Part shown: positions 9,446-19,322 of the stretch, one piece after another
Position numbering within the stretch: the first letter of the stretch is position 1
Layout of the letters: each line of letters starts with the position of its first letter
From: Nitrospirota bacterium
GTDB lineage: Bacteria > Nitrospirota > Thermodesulfovibrionia > Thermodesulfovibrionales > UBA9159
Assembly: GCA_963699545.1 (NCBI GenBank)
Contig: CAVOUE010000006.1
Coordinates: forward strand, 352,001-416,000
Direction of reading: 5' to 3'
Length of the DNA: 64,000 nt
Translations under genes and position numbers: made by a program
The notes under the pieces: model-generated
Seen by the model: the letters and a program-made list of their open reading frames with translations, nothing else
The model's database searches: none
What the model was told of the DNA's origin: nothing

Positions 9446-12400
9446 ATGACGATGAGCAGAAGGATGGTGACTGTTGATGGCTGCACAGCATGCGCACACG
9501 TGGTGCATGCGACAAACGAGATTATCACGATTTATCCCATAACCCCTTCTTCCCCTATCGCAGAGATATGCGATGCGAAGTCTGCTGCGGGTAAGGTGAA
9601 TATCTGGGGATCCGTTCCTCTCGTGAGCCAGATGCAGTCAGAGGCGGGTGTGGCGGGGTCGGTTCACGGTTCTCTCACTACCGGGGCATTGACCACAACG
9701 ATCTCCGCTTCGCAGGGCCTCCTCCTGATCATGCCGAACATGTTCAAGATAGCGGGAGAGCTCACGCCGACGGTCTTTCATGTGACGGCCCGCTCCCTTG
9801 CCGCCCAGGCGCTCTGCATCTTTGGGGACCACTCCGACGTTATGGCGGCCCGCGCCACCGGTTTTGCGATGCTGTGCTCACGGGATGTCCAGGAAACGAT
9901 GGACTTTGCGCTTATCGCGCAGGCTGCGACCCTTGAATCACGGATCCCCTTCGTTCACTTCTTTGACGGTTTCAGAACTTCCCATGAGGTCCAGAAGATC
10001 GAGGAACTCACCTTGGATGACATGAGGGCTATGATAGACAGCGACCTCGTTATCGCCCATCGCATGAGGGCGCTTACCCCCGACCGTCCCATGTTACGCG
10101 GTACCGCCCAGAACCCGGATGTCTATTTCCAGGGGAGGGAAACGGTGAACAGTTTCTATAATGCGACCCCGGCGATCGTGCAGAAGGTCATGGACAGGTT
10201 TGCCGGAGTGGTCGGCAGACAGTACAGGCTCTTTGACTACTACGGCCACCCCGAAGCCGAGCGCGTGGTCGTCATTATGGGTTCGGGAGGAGAAACCGTG
10301 CTGAGCACGATCAATACCCTGAACGCCAAAGGGGAAAGACTGGGACTCGTTCAGGTGAGGCTCTTCAGGCCCTTTGATACCGATGCCCTTGTCGCGGCTC
10401 TTCCTGCCAGCGTGAAATCCATCGCGGTCCTGGACCGCACGAAGGAGCCCGGAGCCGTCGGCGAGCCCCTCTACCTTGATGTCAGGACATCGATCGGTGA
10501 GGCGATGGAGAGGGGGATCTCGCGGTTCACGACGTATCCCACGATCGTGGGAGGCCGTTACGGTCTCGGCTCGAAAGAGTTCACGCCCGCCATGGCAAAG
10601 GCCGTATTGGATAACCTGTCTGCGGCCAGGCCGAAGAACCACTTTACGGTCGGCATAAACGACGATGTCGCGGGGACAAGCCTCGGATATGACGAGTCCT
10701 TTACCGTTGAAGGGAAGGGCGCTTACCGGGCGATGTTCTACGGGCTGGGCGCCGATGGCACGGTCGGGGCGAACAAGAATACGATAAAGATCATCGGTTC
10801 CGAAACCGATAACTTACGCCCAGGGGTATTTCGTCTATGACTCGAAAAAATCCGGCTCCATCACCACGTCTCACCTCCGTTTCGGCAAGGAGAAAATACT
10901 CAACCCCTATCTCCTGTCGAACGCCGACTTCATCGCCTGCCACAACCCCACGTTCCTCGAAAAATATGATATGCTCTCCCGCGCGGAGAACGGGGCGACC
11001 TTCCTCCTTACCACCTCCCATCCGAAGGACGAGATATGGGACACCCTCCCCGCTGAAGTACAGGAGCAGCTCATTGCGAAGAATATGAAGTTTTACATCA
11101 TCGATGCCATATCCCTCGCCGAGGAGATCGGACTCGGGGCCAGGATCAATATGATCATGCAGACGGCGTTCTTCGTCATCTCGGGGATCATTCCGAAAGA
11201 GGAAGCGATCAGGGCGATCAAGACCGAGATCAAGAAGACCTACATGAAGAAGGGGCAGAAGGTCCTCGACATGAACTATGCCGCGGTCGATAAGGCCCTC
11301 CAGAACATCGTTGAAGTCCCCGTCCCCCGCAAGGCCACGAGCGCGATACGGATGAAACCGCCGGTGCCCGGTGACGCTCCGGAGTTCGTCAGGGCTGTGA
11401 CAGCAAAGATGATCGCGGGCAAGGGCGATGAGCTGCCCGTTTCCGCCATGCCCGCCGACGGAACCTGGCCGACGGGTACGACACAGTATGAGAAGCGGAA
11501 CATCGGCGTACATATCCCGGTATGGGAGCCCGATATCTGCATTCAGTGCGGCCAATGCTCCTTTGTCTGTCCGCACGCAACGATACGGATCAAGGCTTAT
11601 GACACGGGCCTCTTGAAAGACGCTCCGTCAGGGTTCAGGTCCGTGGATGCCAAGGGAAAGGAACTGGAGGGCCTGAAGTTCACGGTACAGGTGGCGCCCG
11701 AGGACTGCACCGGCTGCGGTTCCTGCGTGTTCGTCTGTCCGGGCTCAAAGAAAGACGCCGAAGGCAAGAAGATCCCCGGGTTCAAGGCGATCAACATGAA
11801 GCTCCAGGAACCGCTGAGAGCTCAGGAGGCAGGGTATTACTCGTTCTTCCTCGGTCTCCCTGAAACAGACCCCTCACGATATAGCAGAGCGACACTTAAG
11901 GGAAGCCAGTTCGTGAAGCCCCTCTTTGAATACAGCGGCGCTTGTGCGGGATGCGGAGAAACGCCGTATCTGAAACTGCTTACCCAGCTCTTTGGTGACC
12001 GCCTGCTCATCGCCAATGCGACCGGCTGCTCATCAATTTACGGCGGCAACCTGCCGACGACACCATATGCAAAACGGGCCGACGGCAGGGGACCTGCATG
12101 GTCGAATTCTCTCTTCGAAGACAACGCCGAATTCGGCCTCGGGATGAGGCTGACGGCGGACAAGTTCAATGCCCAGGCTCTCGAAATCATGGACAAGCTC
12201 GCTCAAAATCCTTCCTATGCCGATGCACGGGAACTCTTCGATTCCATAAGAAATGCCGATCAGGCAACACAGGAAAGGATCGAAGAACAGAGGGCCCGTG
12301 TCGGGGAACTGAAAAAGAGATGCTCGAAAGACAGCTCGCCGGAGGCAAAGAGCCTCTCCTCCCTCGCCGATTACCTCGTCAGGAAATCGGTCTGGGCGGT

Positions 12401-13043
12401 GGGCGGAGACGGGTGGGCATATGACATCGGCTACGGAGGGCTCGACCAGGTCCTTGCATCGGGGAAAAACATTAACATCCTGATCCTCGATACGGAGGTC
12501 TACTCGAATACGGGAGGACAGATGTCCAAGTCCACTCCGCTTGCTGCTACCGCCCAGTTTGCGGCCGGAGGAAAGAGGACGCCGAAAAAGAACATTGGCC
12601 TGATCATGGCTACGTACGGAAACGTGTACGTCGCTCAGATCGCGTTCGGCGCCAATCCTGCCCAGGCGGTGAAGGCGTTCGCCGAGGCCGAGGCATACAA
12701 CGGGCCGTCGCTGATCATCGCTTACTCGACCTGCATCGCGCAGGGCATCGATATGAGCAAGGGTGTCGAAGAGCAGAAAAAGGCTGTCGCCTGCGGCCAC
12801 TGGCCTCTCTACCGGTATAACCCGACACTGGAGGGACAGGGCAAGAGCCCTCTCATTATCGACAGCAAGGAGCCGACGATCTCCTTCGAGGAATATGCGT
12901 ATAATGAGAACCGATACAGCGCATTGAGGGCGAGCAATCCGGAACTGGCAGCTGCACTGATGAAAGAGGCTGAGGCGGATGTGAAGCGGAGATGGAAATA
13001 CTTGAAGCACAGGGCATCGTGGTCTCCCTCGGAACAGGGGTAG
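9446..13043 (+). CDS. nifJ: Pyruvate:ferredoxin/flavodoxin oxidoreductase (one apparent +1 frameshift near 10814)
   Basis: IYPITPSS, QSEAG, FFDGFRTSHE, two CxxCxxC ferredoxin motifs, GACAGCGE, GDGW; removing one T restores ETDNYAQGYFVYDSKK. Confidence 0.95.
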
Positions 13044-13140
13044 GCGCAGGCATTGGCACGCGTTTCCTTTGCAGGACGACGTTTCCGTGAGAAATGCCCC
13101 GAGGCCGCAGGCTGCCGGCATGAATACAGAGGAGGTTGAT

Positions 13141-13623
13141 ATGGATATATACGAATTTGCGATGAAGATGGAAAAGGACGGAGAGACCTATTATCGTGAA
13201 TTGGCAACGAAGACGGTGAATCACGGGCTCGGCAACATATTCACCATGCTCGCCAATACCGAAGTGATCCACTACAAGGTCTTTCAGAAGATGAAGGAGC
13301 ATCAGAAGATCGAAGTGCCCCCTACGACAATCCTGTCCGGGGTGAAAAACGTCTTCGAAAAGATGAAAGAGGAAGATGATACCAATGTGAATATGGCTGA
13401 GACAGAATGGTACAGGAAGGCACAGGAGATCGAAAAGGCCTCGCGGGACTTCTACCTCAAGGAGGCGGGTGAGGTGGAAAGGGCCGACCAAAAACAGACC
13501 TTTCTCAGGATCGCCGAGGAAGAAAAAAGACACTACCTCATCCTGGAGAAGATAATCGACTTTGTATCGAGGCCCCAGACCTGGCTCGAGGACGGGGAGT
13601 GGTATCACCTGGAAGAATATTAG
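13141..13623 (+). CDS. Rubrerythrin/ferritin-like protein
   Basis: GGAGG RBS; FAMKMEKDGETYY ... AQEIEKASRDFY ... EEKRH. Confidence 0.85.
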   Translation: MDIYEFAMKMEKDGETYYRELATKTVNHGLGNIFTMLANTEVIHYKVFQKMKEHQKIEVPPTTILSGVKNVFEKMKEEDDTNVNMAETEWYRKAQEIEKASRDFYLKEAGEVERADQKQTFLRIAEEEKRHYLILEKIIDFVSRPQTWLEDGEWYHLEEY

Positions 13624-13647
13624 GAGGGGAAACTGCGGTATGAAAGC

Positions 13648-13680
13648 ACAAAAAGGGCACGGAATTCGTGCCCTTTTTGT
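13648..13680. terminator. Bidirectional intrinsic terminator
   Basis: Perfect 14-bp stem ACAAAAAGGGCACG-GAATT-CGTGCCCTTTTTGT between convergent genes. Confidence 0.85.
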
Positions 13681-13697
13681 TTGAACCGACCGACAGA

Positions 13698-14150
13698 TCA
13701 GTAGCCTCCTGTTTTCTTCTTCTCTGCAGGAGCTGCAGGCTTCTTCTCTTCAGCCTTGGGAGCAGCGGGAGCTGCTTCCTTCTTCTCCATCTTCTTCTCA
13801 GCGGTCTTCTTGCCGGCGACGCTGGTTGCTATGTTCTTGCCGTCCATCTCTTTGTACTTCACGGTGACCTTGTCCCCCGTCTTAACGTCGGCAAGCTTGG
13901 CAACTGCCTTCTCATCAACGGAAAAAGCCATATCACCCTTCTTTCCCTTTACGGTGAGGGTCTTTGCCTTTGCATCAACTGCAACAACCTCTCCGGTCAT
14001 ATGCTTTATCTTTGCAGGAGCCTTCTCCTCAGCCTTTGCAGGGGCTGCCTTATCGGCAGGGGCTGCTGCCTTCTGCTCTGCGGCGAAGGAGAGACCTGCC
14101 ACGGAAAGAATGAAGAGTACTGATACTACAATGGCGATTACCTTTTTCAT
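13698..14150 (-). CDS. Exported Ala/Lys/Pro-rich protein with small OB-fold-like domain
   Basis: GGAGGTG RBS, signal peptide, TGEVVAVDAKAKTLTVK...VKTGDKVTVKY. Confidence 0.75.
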   Translation of the reverse strand: MKKVIAIVVSVLFILSVAGLSFAAEQKAAAPADKAAPAKAEEKAPAKIKHMTGEVVAVDAKAKTLTVKGKKGDMAFSVDEKAVAKLADVKTGDKVTVKYKEMDGKNIATSVAGKKTAEKKMEKKEAAPAAPKAEEKKPAAPAEKKKTGGY

Positions 14151-14198
14151 GGAATTCACCTCCTTTCAATTTTTTTTTCGTCCTGAAGTTGTCTATAC

Positions 14199-14214
14199 AC
14201 AAGATTTATGCCAA
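14199..14214 (-). promoter_or_regulatory. Possible sigma54 (-24/-12) promoter
   Basis: TTGGCATAAATCTTGT: GG-N10-GT, non-canonical -12. Confidence 0.4.
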
Positions 14215-14369
14215 GGGGAAAGAAGCACAACAAAAGAAGTTTGAGTCGCAGAATCAAGGGGTTCCGGGCATGTTCTTTTTGCGTGGTTCGGTCCGGAGAA
14301 CTCTGCTGTTCCCATTTAGGAAATATATTCCTTTTTTGGGGAAGGCTGCAGTTTACATTGTCAAATGCA

Positions 14370-14987
14370 TCACTTCCTGACCCAGTTTCCGTCAGAGCTC
14401 TGAATCCACCACCCCTTCTTGGCAGAATCCCGCCGTATAGACGCAAATTGTTCAGTGGCCTGGGGCATGACCTGTTTAAGGTTCTCCTCGGTTTCAGGTA
14501 CCCTATTGATCCGTATAATCGCCCTCGCCATGCCGTTGATCACTGTCCTCCTGTTTGCATTTTCCATCTCAACGATATTCCTGTCAGCAGGAGAAAGTGT
14601 CTTCTCCCTCTCCATGAGCATCCCCTTATTCCCTTCACCCACAGCCCCGCTGTCCCTCAGCCTGTCGGTATCGGCTATCCTTGCGCCCATTTCCCTGTAT
14701 GCATTCACCACATCCGGCATCTTCTTCACGATCTCTGAAATCTTCTCAGAAAGTCCTGCTTCCTGCGCATAGGCAGAGGGTACCAGTTCAAAAAGTATCG
14801 AACTCTGAGGCTTGCCCTCGGGTTTAGGTTCGCGGTTCTTCTCCTCAGGAGCCATCAACTCTTTCTCCAGTGCTTTGTAAGCCTCCTTTACGTCTTTTTC
14901 GGGAAAGTAGATGTTCACAGTGATCACGGCACATGATGCAACAACGAAAAACAGTCCAAAGGTGACAAACGTAATGCTCCTTTTCAT
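14370..14987 (-). CDS. YdbL/DUF1318-family lipoprotein
   Basis: Lipobox VASC; GAVGEGNKGML, VEMENANRR, KGWWIQ..GNW. Confidence 0.8.
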   Translation of the reverse strand: MKRSITFVTFGLFFVVASCAVITVNIYFPEKDVKEAYKALEKELMAPEEKNREPKPEGKPQSSILFELVPSAYAQEAGLSEKISEIVKKMPDVVNAYREMGARIADTDRLRDSGAVGEGNKGMLMEREKTLSPADRNIVEMENANRRTVINGMARAIIRINRVPETEENLKQVMPQATEQFASIRRDSAKKGWWIQSSDGNWVRK

Positions 14988-15030
14988 AGCCATTCCTCCC
15001 TTGTGCGTTATTTGAATTCCCAATCCCTCT

Positions 15031-18000
15031 CTATTGCTTGTCACCGGCCCTCTGCGCCGCTTCAGTAACTGTCCAGAGCAGATGGTTAATCTCGATCCGG
15101 TTGTTAAAGGGCGCGACTTTCACGGAGAGGTCGGTAACGCCAACCATGTTCCTGTGAGATATCTCCAGTTCCCTGAAGATCACAAAGCCGTTCTGGAGAT
15201 AAAGGCCCATCACCCCTTTGTCAAAGCTCCTGTCCTCGATGTATGCCTTCAGAGACGGGCCTCCGATCTTCTGGAGGAACTCCCTGCTCACCTTTGTCTT
15301 CTCGCCGCCGGAACTGTATGACCGGAAATCGGCCTTGCCTATGAGACGGGAAACGCCCGCACCGGAACCCTTGACAGTAGCAGTGCCATCCACCTTTCCC
15401 GATATATAGCCCTTGAGCGGTTCGATCTCTTCACAGAGCTGTGCAAGGCTGAGTCCCTCAAGAAGAATGCCTGCCCGGTACGTGAGCCCGTCAGAAAAAT
15501 CGACGCGGGCTGAGCCATTCAGCTTTCCTCCAAACATGTTAGCACTAAGGCGGCCGATATTCAAACCGTTCTCCTCCTGCTTGACCCAGATATTCACTGC
15601 GTCCAGAATTCTGAAGCCGTATCGAAGGGAATTGATGGTTATCTTTTGATAGCCATCCTCCACGAACTCCCGTGAATAATGTCTGCTGAGCGCTGTAAAT
15701 TCCGAAGGCTCAAAAGAAGGCATGCCGGTGATATTCTGAGCGTGGTGCGCTGTGTCATACTGAAAGGGAACAATGCCATTGATCGCTCCCACCGAATATT
15801 CGCCGTTCTCTCCCTGCAGAAGCACATTGGCGAGCCGTATCGTTCCCGTTGCCTTCATCCCGTGGTCGGAATGCTCCATGGCAACGTCAGACGACAGATA
15901 TCCGTCAAGTCCTCCATAGAGAAGCCCCTCGGGAAAGATATCCCATAATGAAGTTCTTATGTCTGTCAATTTAGTTTCCGGCAGGAGCGCCTTCATGGTG
16001 ACAACTCTCTCCTTCTCCGCAAACCTCTTTACCTCTCCTGAAGCCGCTGCGCGTATGCTTCCAGCAGCCATGTCCGTTCTGAACCCGCAATCCCTTCCTT
16101 TACAGATAATCTCTGCGTCGAGTCCCGCACCCTTTACTATTGTTTTCTTGTTATCTTTCTTTACAAGGGAGAGATTTTTTGTCCCTATCAGGATTTTTCC
16201 CTGAAGTGATTCAGGAGAATCCATGGTCCCGTTAAAGGCAGCATGCTCCAGGGTCCCTGATGCGGCGTAACTGAGTTTATTGAATTGAGAAGCTCCAGCA
16301 AGGACTCCCAGATCAATACCTCCCGCATGAATGTCCGCATTCAACGGAAACGGTCCCCTTGATACTTTTCCCTTTGCGCTCAGCGATGCCCTGCCCCCTG
16401 CAATCTCGGCAAGAGGGAGAGAAAGGGAAAAATCGTTTTCATCAAAACGTACAGAGCCGGAGGTTACCCTTGCAGGGATGCCCTGAAACGTAATGTTCCC
16501 CGATGACAGAGCTATCTCACCCGAAACCGCCTTCTTGTCCGTGCGCAGATTAAGAACAATATCTGTATTGTCCACTCGGAATTCCCTTGCCGGGTAAAGG
16601 GCGCTCATGTCCTTGATCTCTACTGACCAGGCAGACTGCCTTTCATGCCTCTTTACATCGATCCTGCCCACAGATGCTCTTGCCTCTCCCGAATTGAGCT
16701 TGAGATCTCTGATGGCAATCAGCCCTTTCCGGTAATCCACATAAAGGCTTCCGTTGAAAGAGGGGATTTTATAATCACCAAATGTTATGCCCTTCATTCC
16801 GACGGTGCCCTTGCCCGCGAATAACGCGCCATGCACAAGGGTCCCCTCCACCGAAGAGTCCATTCTGTCCATGAGAAGACTCGTGCCATCCTGCGTCTTC
16901 AGGCTCACGGACGAGAGATGGATATCTGACGTTGTTGCCATCCTCTCAGGGCCTCCCCTGGCTTTGAGGGAAAGGGACGCATCAACGGGGATGTCTGCGC
17001 CGTAGCCCCGCAGAGAGAGAATTTTTGCGGACAGAACAGTATTGACAGACATCTCCGTGCCTGTGGAAAACGTGATCTCTGCATCGGCCTTTTCGATATG
17101 GATATCAGACGACCTGACCGCCCCGCCCCTGAGCCTTATTGCACCCGACACTTCGGACACCCTGTTGCCTGGAGAGCCTTTGATTCTAACCCCACCAGAT
17201 GTCACTTCTCCCCTGATCTCCGTTCCCTTTATAATATTAAAAAGTGAAAGGTCGATCTTCCCAATCGTGACGTCCGCAACATACGAGGGATGTTTCCCTA
17301 TGTCCATAAACGATCCTTTCAGATGCATCAGAGATACATTGTCCTGATACAAAGAAAGGTCATTCACTATGAAAGAACTTTCCCGGTTATCGTAAAATGC
17401 ATCGGACTCCAGACGGACACCTCTTTTGTCTTTGTAAAACGGGAGAAAGCCTCCCTCCTTAAACCGCATACGCGAGGTGACCCTGCACCCTTTCACCGCA
17501 TCCCCTTCAGCATTGACCTTGAGGGCCGCCCTCACTCTTTCAGCATCGACGCGGTACCTCTCCAGGATTTTCTTGAATGCAGAGAAAGAAAGATCGTCGG
17601 CGGAAAAAGATACATTGTAATGCTTATCGGCACTGTTCAGATGTGCCCATCCCTCTATCTGTACGGCGTTGCCGGCGTATGACAGGGCACCGCTCAGGAG
17701 CGTTCTGGCGTCTTCACGGGAAGAGAGATTTTTCATGGAGAGATCGATATCCCTGCCCATCGTCATGAGAGAGTTATCGAAGGAAACAGTTCCCGAACGT
17801 ATCCTGAGCTCATCAATCTGGTACTTCGTCGTACCCTTTTTTGAGAGGAAGCTCTTCAGTTCGTCCGATACATTCATCCCCCCTTTTTCCCCTGTTATCA
17901 GGGTAAGCTCGGGGGAGCGGACTTCGATATCCCTAAAGGAGAACCTGCCCCTGACAAGTTCCCGCCATCTCGGGCCGAGGGCAAGTCTCTTTACTCTGAG

Positions 18001-18255
18001 AAGCCGCCCTGACATAAATCCCGGGGGATTATTGACGACAATATCATGGAGGTTTATTTCTCCTCCAGGGCTGAAAGAGATATCCCCTATGGTAACGCTC
18101 TGGCCGAAGAGCACGGTCGCCTTTTGGGAAATTTTCTGCACGAATGTCTTCTTGAGGTCGCGATAGCGGAAATAACTGATGCCGATAAAAAAAATTATGA
18201 GAACTGCGAAGGTCGCAGAGGTTATTTTGAGAACCTTTTTCCCGGTTGGCGTCAT
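15031..18255 (-). CDS. AsmA/YdbH-like intermembrane bridge protein
   Basis: 1074 aa, single N-terminal TM helix, long beta-strand-rich body, C-terminal LSANMFGGKLNG...ISGKVDG; upstream of YdbL-like gene. Confidence 0.7.
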   Translation of the reverse strand: MTPTGKKVLKITSATFAVLIIFFIGISYFRYRDLKKTFVQKISQKATVLFGQSVTIGDISFSPGGEINLHDIVVNNPPGFMSGRLLRVKRLALGPRWRELVRGRFSFRDIEVRSPELTLITGEKGGMNVSDELKSFLSKKGTTKYQIDELRIRSGTVSFDNSLMTMGRDIDLSMKNLSSREDARTLLSGALSYAGNAVQIEGWAHLNSADKHYNVSFSADDLSFSAFKKILERYRVDAERVRAALKVNAEGDAVKGCRVTSRMRFKEGGFLPFYKDKRGVRLESDAFYDNRESSFIVNDLSLYQDNVSLMHLKGSFMDIGKHPSYVADVTIGKIDLSLFNIIKGTEIRGEVTSGGVRIKGSPGNRVSEVSGAIRLRGGAVRSSDIHIEKADAEITFSTGTEMSVNTVLSAKILSLRGYGADIPVDASLSLKARGGPERMATTSDIHLSSVSLKTQDGTSLLMDRMDSSVEGTLVHGALFAGKGTVGMKGITFGDYKIPSFNGSLYVDYRKGLIAIRDLKLNSGEARASVGRIDVKRHERQSAWSVEIKDMSALYPAREFRVDNTDIVLNLRTDKKAVSGEIALSSGNITFQGIPARVTSGSVRFDENDFSLSLPLAEIAGGRASLSAKGKVSRGPFPLNADIHAGGIDLGVLAGASQFNKLSYAASGTLEHAAFNGTMDSPESLQGKILIGTKNLSLVKKDNKKTIVKGAGLDAEIICKGRDCGFRTDMAAGSIRAAASGEVKRFAEKERVVTMKALLPETKLTDIRTSLWDIFPEGLLYGGLDGYLSSDVAMEHSDHGMKATGTIRLANVLLQGENGEYSVGAINGIVPFQYDTAHHAQNITGMPSFEPSEFTALSRHYSREFVEDGYQKITINSLRYGFRILDAVNIWVKQEENGLNIGRLSANMFGGKLNGSARVDFSDGLTYRAGILLEGLSLAQLCEEIEPLKGYISGKVDGTATVKGSGAGVSRLIGKADFRSYSSGGEKTKVSREFLQKIGGPSLKAYIEDRSFDKGVMGLYLQNGFVIFRELEISHRNMVGVTDLSVKVAPFNNRIEINHLLWTVTEAAQRAGDKQ

Positions 18256-18386
18256 ACTTTATCTCTCTGTTAAACGAAGTGCACTGCGAAAAAATCCCAT
18301 TTATCCGATTATACAGCAGATTAAAGAGAAAGACACGGTCGAGATGATGAATGTCAGGAAGCGCTGTCGATCGAAGATAAGTGAAC

Positions 18387-18418
18387 TTGACAGTGCTTCT
18401 CTTATGTGTTACACTGTC
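18387..18418 (+). promoter_or_regulatory. Sigma70 promoter/operator of RHH-PIN TA module
   Basis: TTGACA-17 bp-TACACT; inverted repeat GACAGTG...CACTGTC overlapping both boxes. Confidence 0.7.
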
Positions 18419-18441
18419 TTACATAAAGAAAGGAGGGCACA

Positions 18442-18660
18442 ATGCGCGACACGATTACCATACGGCTGCCCGAGAAACTCCAGCGAGACCTGAATAGGGT
18501 TGTAAAAGCCGAAAAGACATCGAAAAGTGACGTGATCAGGGATGCCATAGAGCGTTACATCGCGCTCAAACGGTTTCAGCAACTGAGGAAGAAAGTCCTT
18601 CCTTTTGCCGAAGCAGAAGGCCTGGTCACCGACGAAGACGTTTTCAAGGCGATCTCTTGA
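18442..18660 (+). CDS. RHH/CopG antitoxin
   Basis: TITIRLPEKL...SKSDVIRDAIERY. Confidence 0.85.
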   Translation: MRDTITIRLPEKLQRDLNRVVKAEKTSKSDVIRDAIERYIALKRFQQLRKKVLPFAEAEGLVTDEDVFKAIS

Positions 18661-19052
18661 GGATCGTGCTTGACACAAATGTAATTGTGGCTGCTTTTGC
18701 GACCCGCGGTCTGTGTGCAGAGGTATTTGAAGTTTGCGCTTCCAACCATGCCATCGTGATGAGCGAACATATCCTTGCTGAGGTCAGTAGTGCATTTCGA
18801 AAAAAGGTAAAACTTCCCGAGGAGATCGTCCATGACGTAACCGGCTATTTGAGAGATATAGCAGAAACGGTGAAACCGGACCATATTGACACCTCTGCTT
18901 GCAGAGACAAGCATGATCTCCCCGTCATTGGAACGGCAACGAAAGGGAATGCTGATTTCATTGTTACGGGAGATGCTGATCTATTGGCACTCAAAAGCTA
19001 CCGGGGGATTGATATTATAACCCCTCGGGAATTATGGAATCGTCTGAGATAA
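18657..19052 (+). CDS. PIN-domain toxin (VapC-like)
   Basis: IVLDTNV, CRDKHD, IVTGDADLL; 4-bp overlap with antitoxin. Confidence 0.9.
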   Translation: MRIVLDTNVIVAAFATRGLCAEVFEVCASNHAIVMSEHILAEVSSAFRKKVKLPEEIVHDVTGYLRDIAETVKPDHIDTSACRDKHDLPVIGTATKGNADFIVTGDADLLALKSYRGIDIITPRELWNRLR

Positions 19053-19322
19053 AGAATCATCGGCCCTGTTTGAATAACACCTCATAATTGTCAAGATGCT
19101 TCGATTTGTCAGTTGCTGTGAGAACACCGTTCCGATCCTCACGACCTTCGCACGTTTGCTTCTGGATGTAGCCGCTGACCCTATTCTTCCCCCGAAACTG
19201 CATAATAGCAGGAGTACTCCACAATCGTCGGAAGACAAACATAATGGACTTCTCGGGAAGAATGTCTCACAGGCAAATCACTGGCAACTCATGGACAAAA
19301 CTGACGGACAACTACCGACTCC

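Noticed and set aside
9446-13043. Split or programmed-frameshift PFOR
   Set aside because: A single extra T with no slippery sequence; the same kind of error recurs in many unrelated genes
13053-13072. TTGGCACG as a sigma54 promoter before the second ferritin-like gene
   Set aside because: The TTGC is 3 bp too far from the GG for -24/-12 spacing
19057-19320. Short ORFs between the PIN toxin and carB
   Set aside because: No motif, RBS or consistent frame
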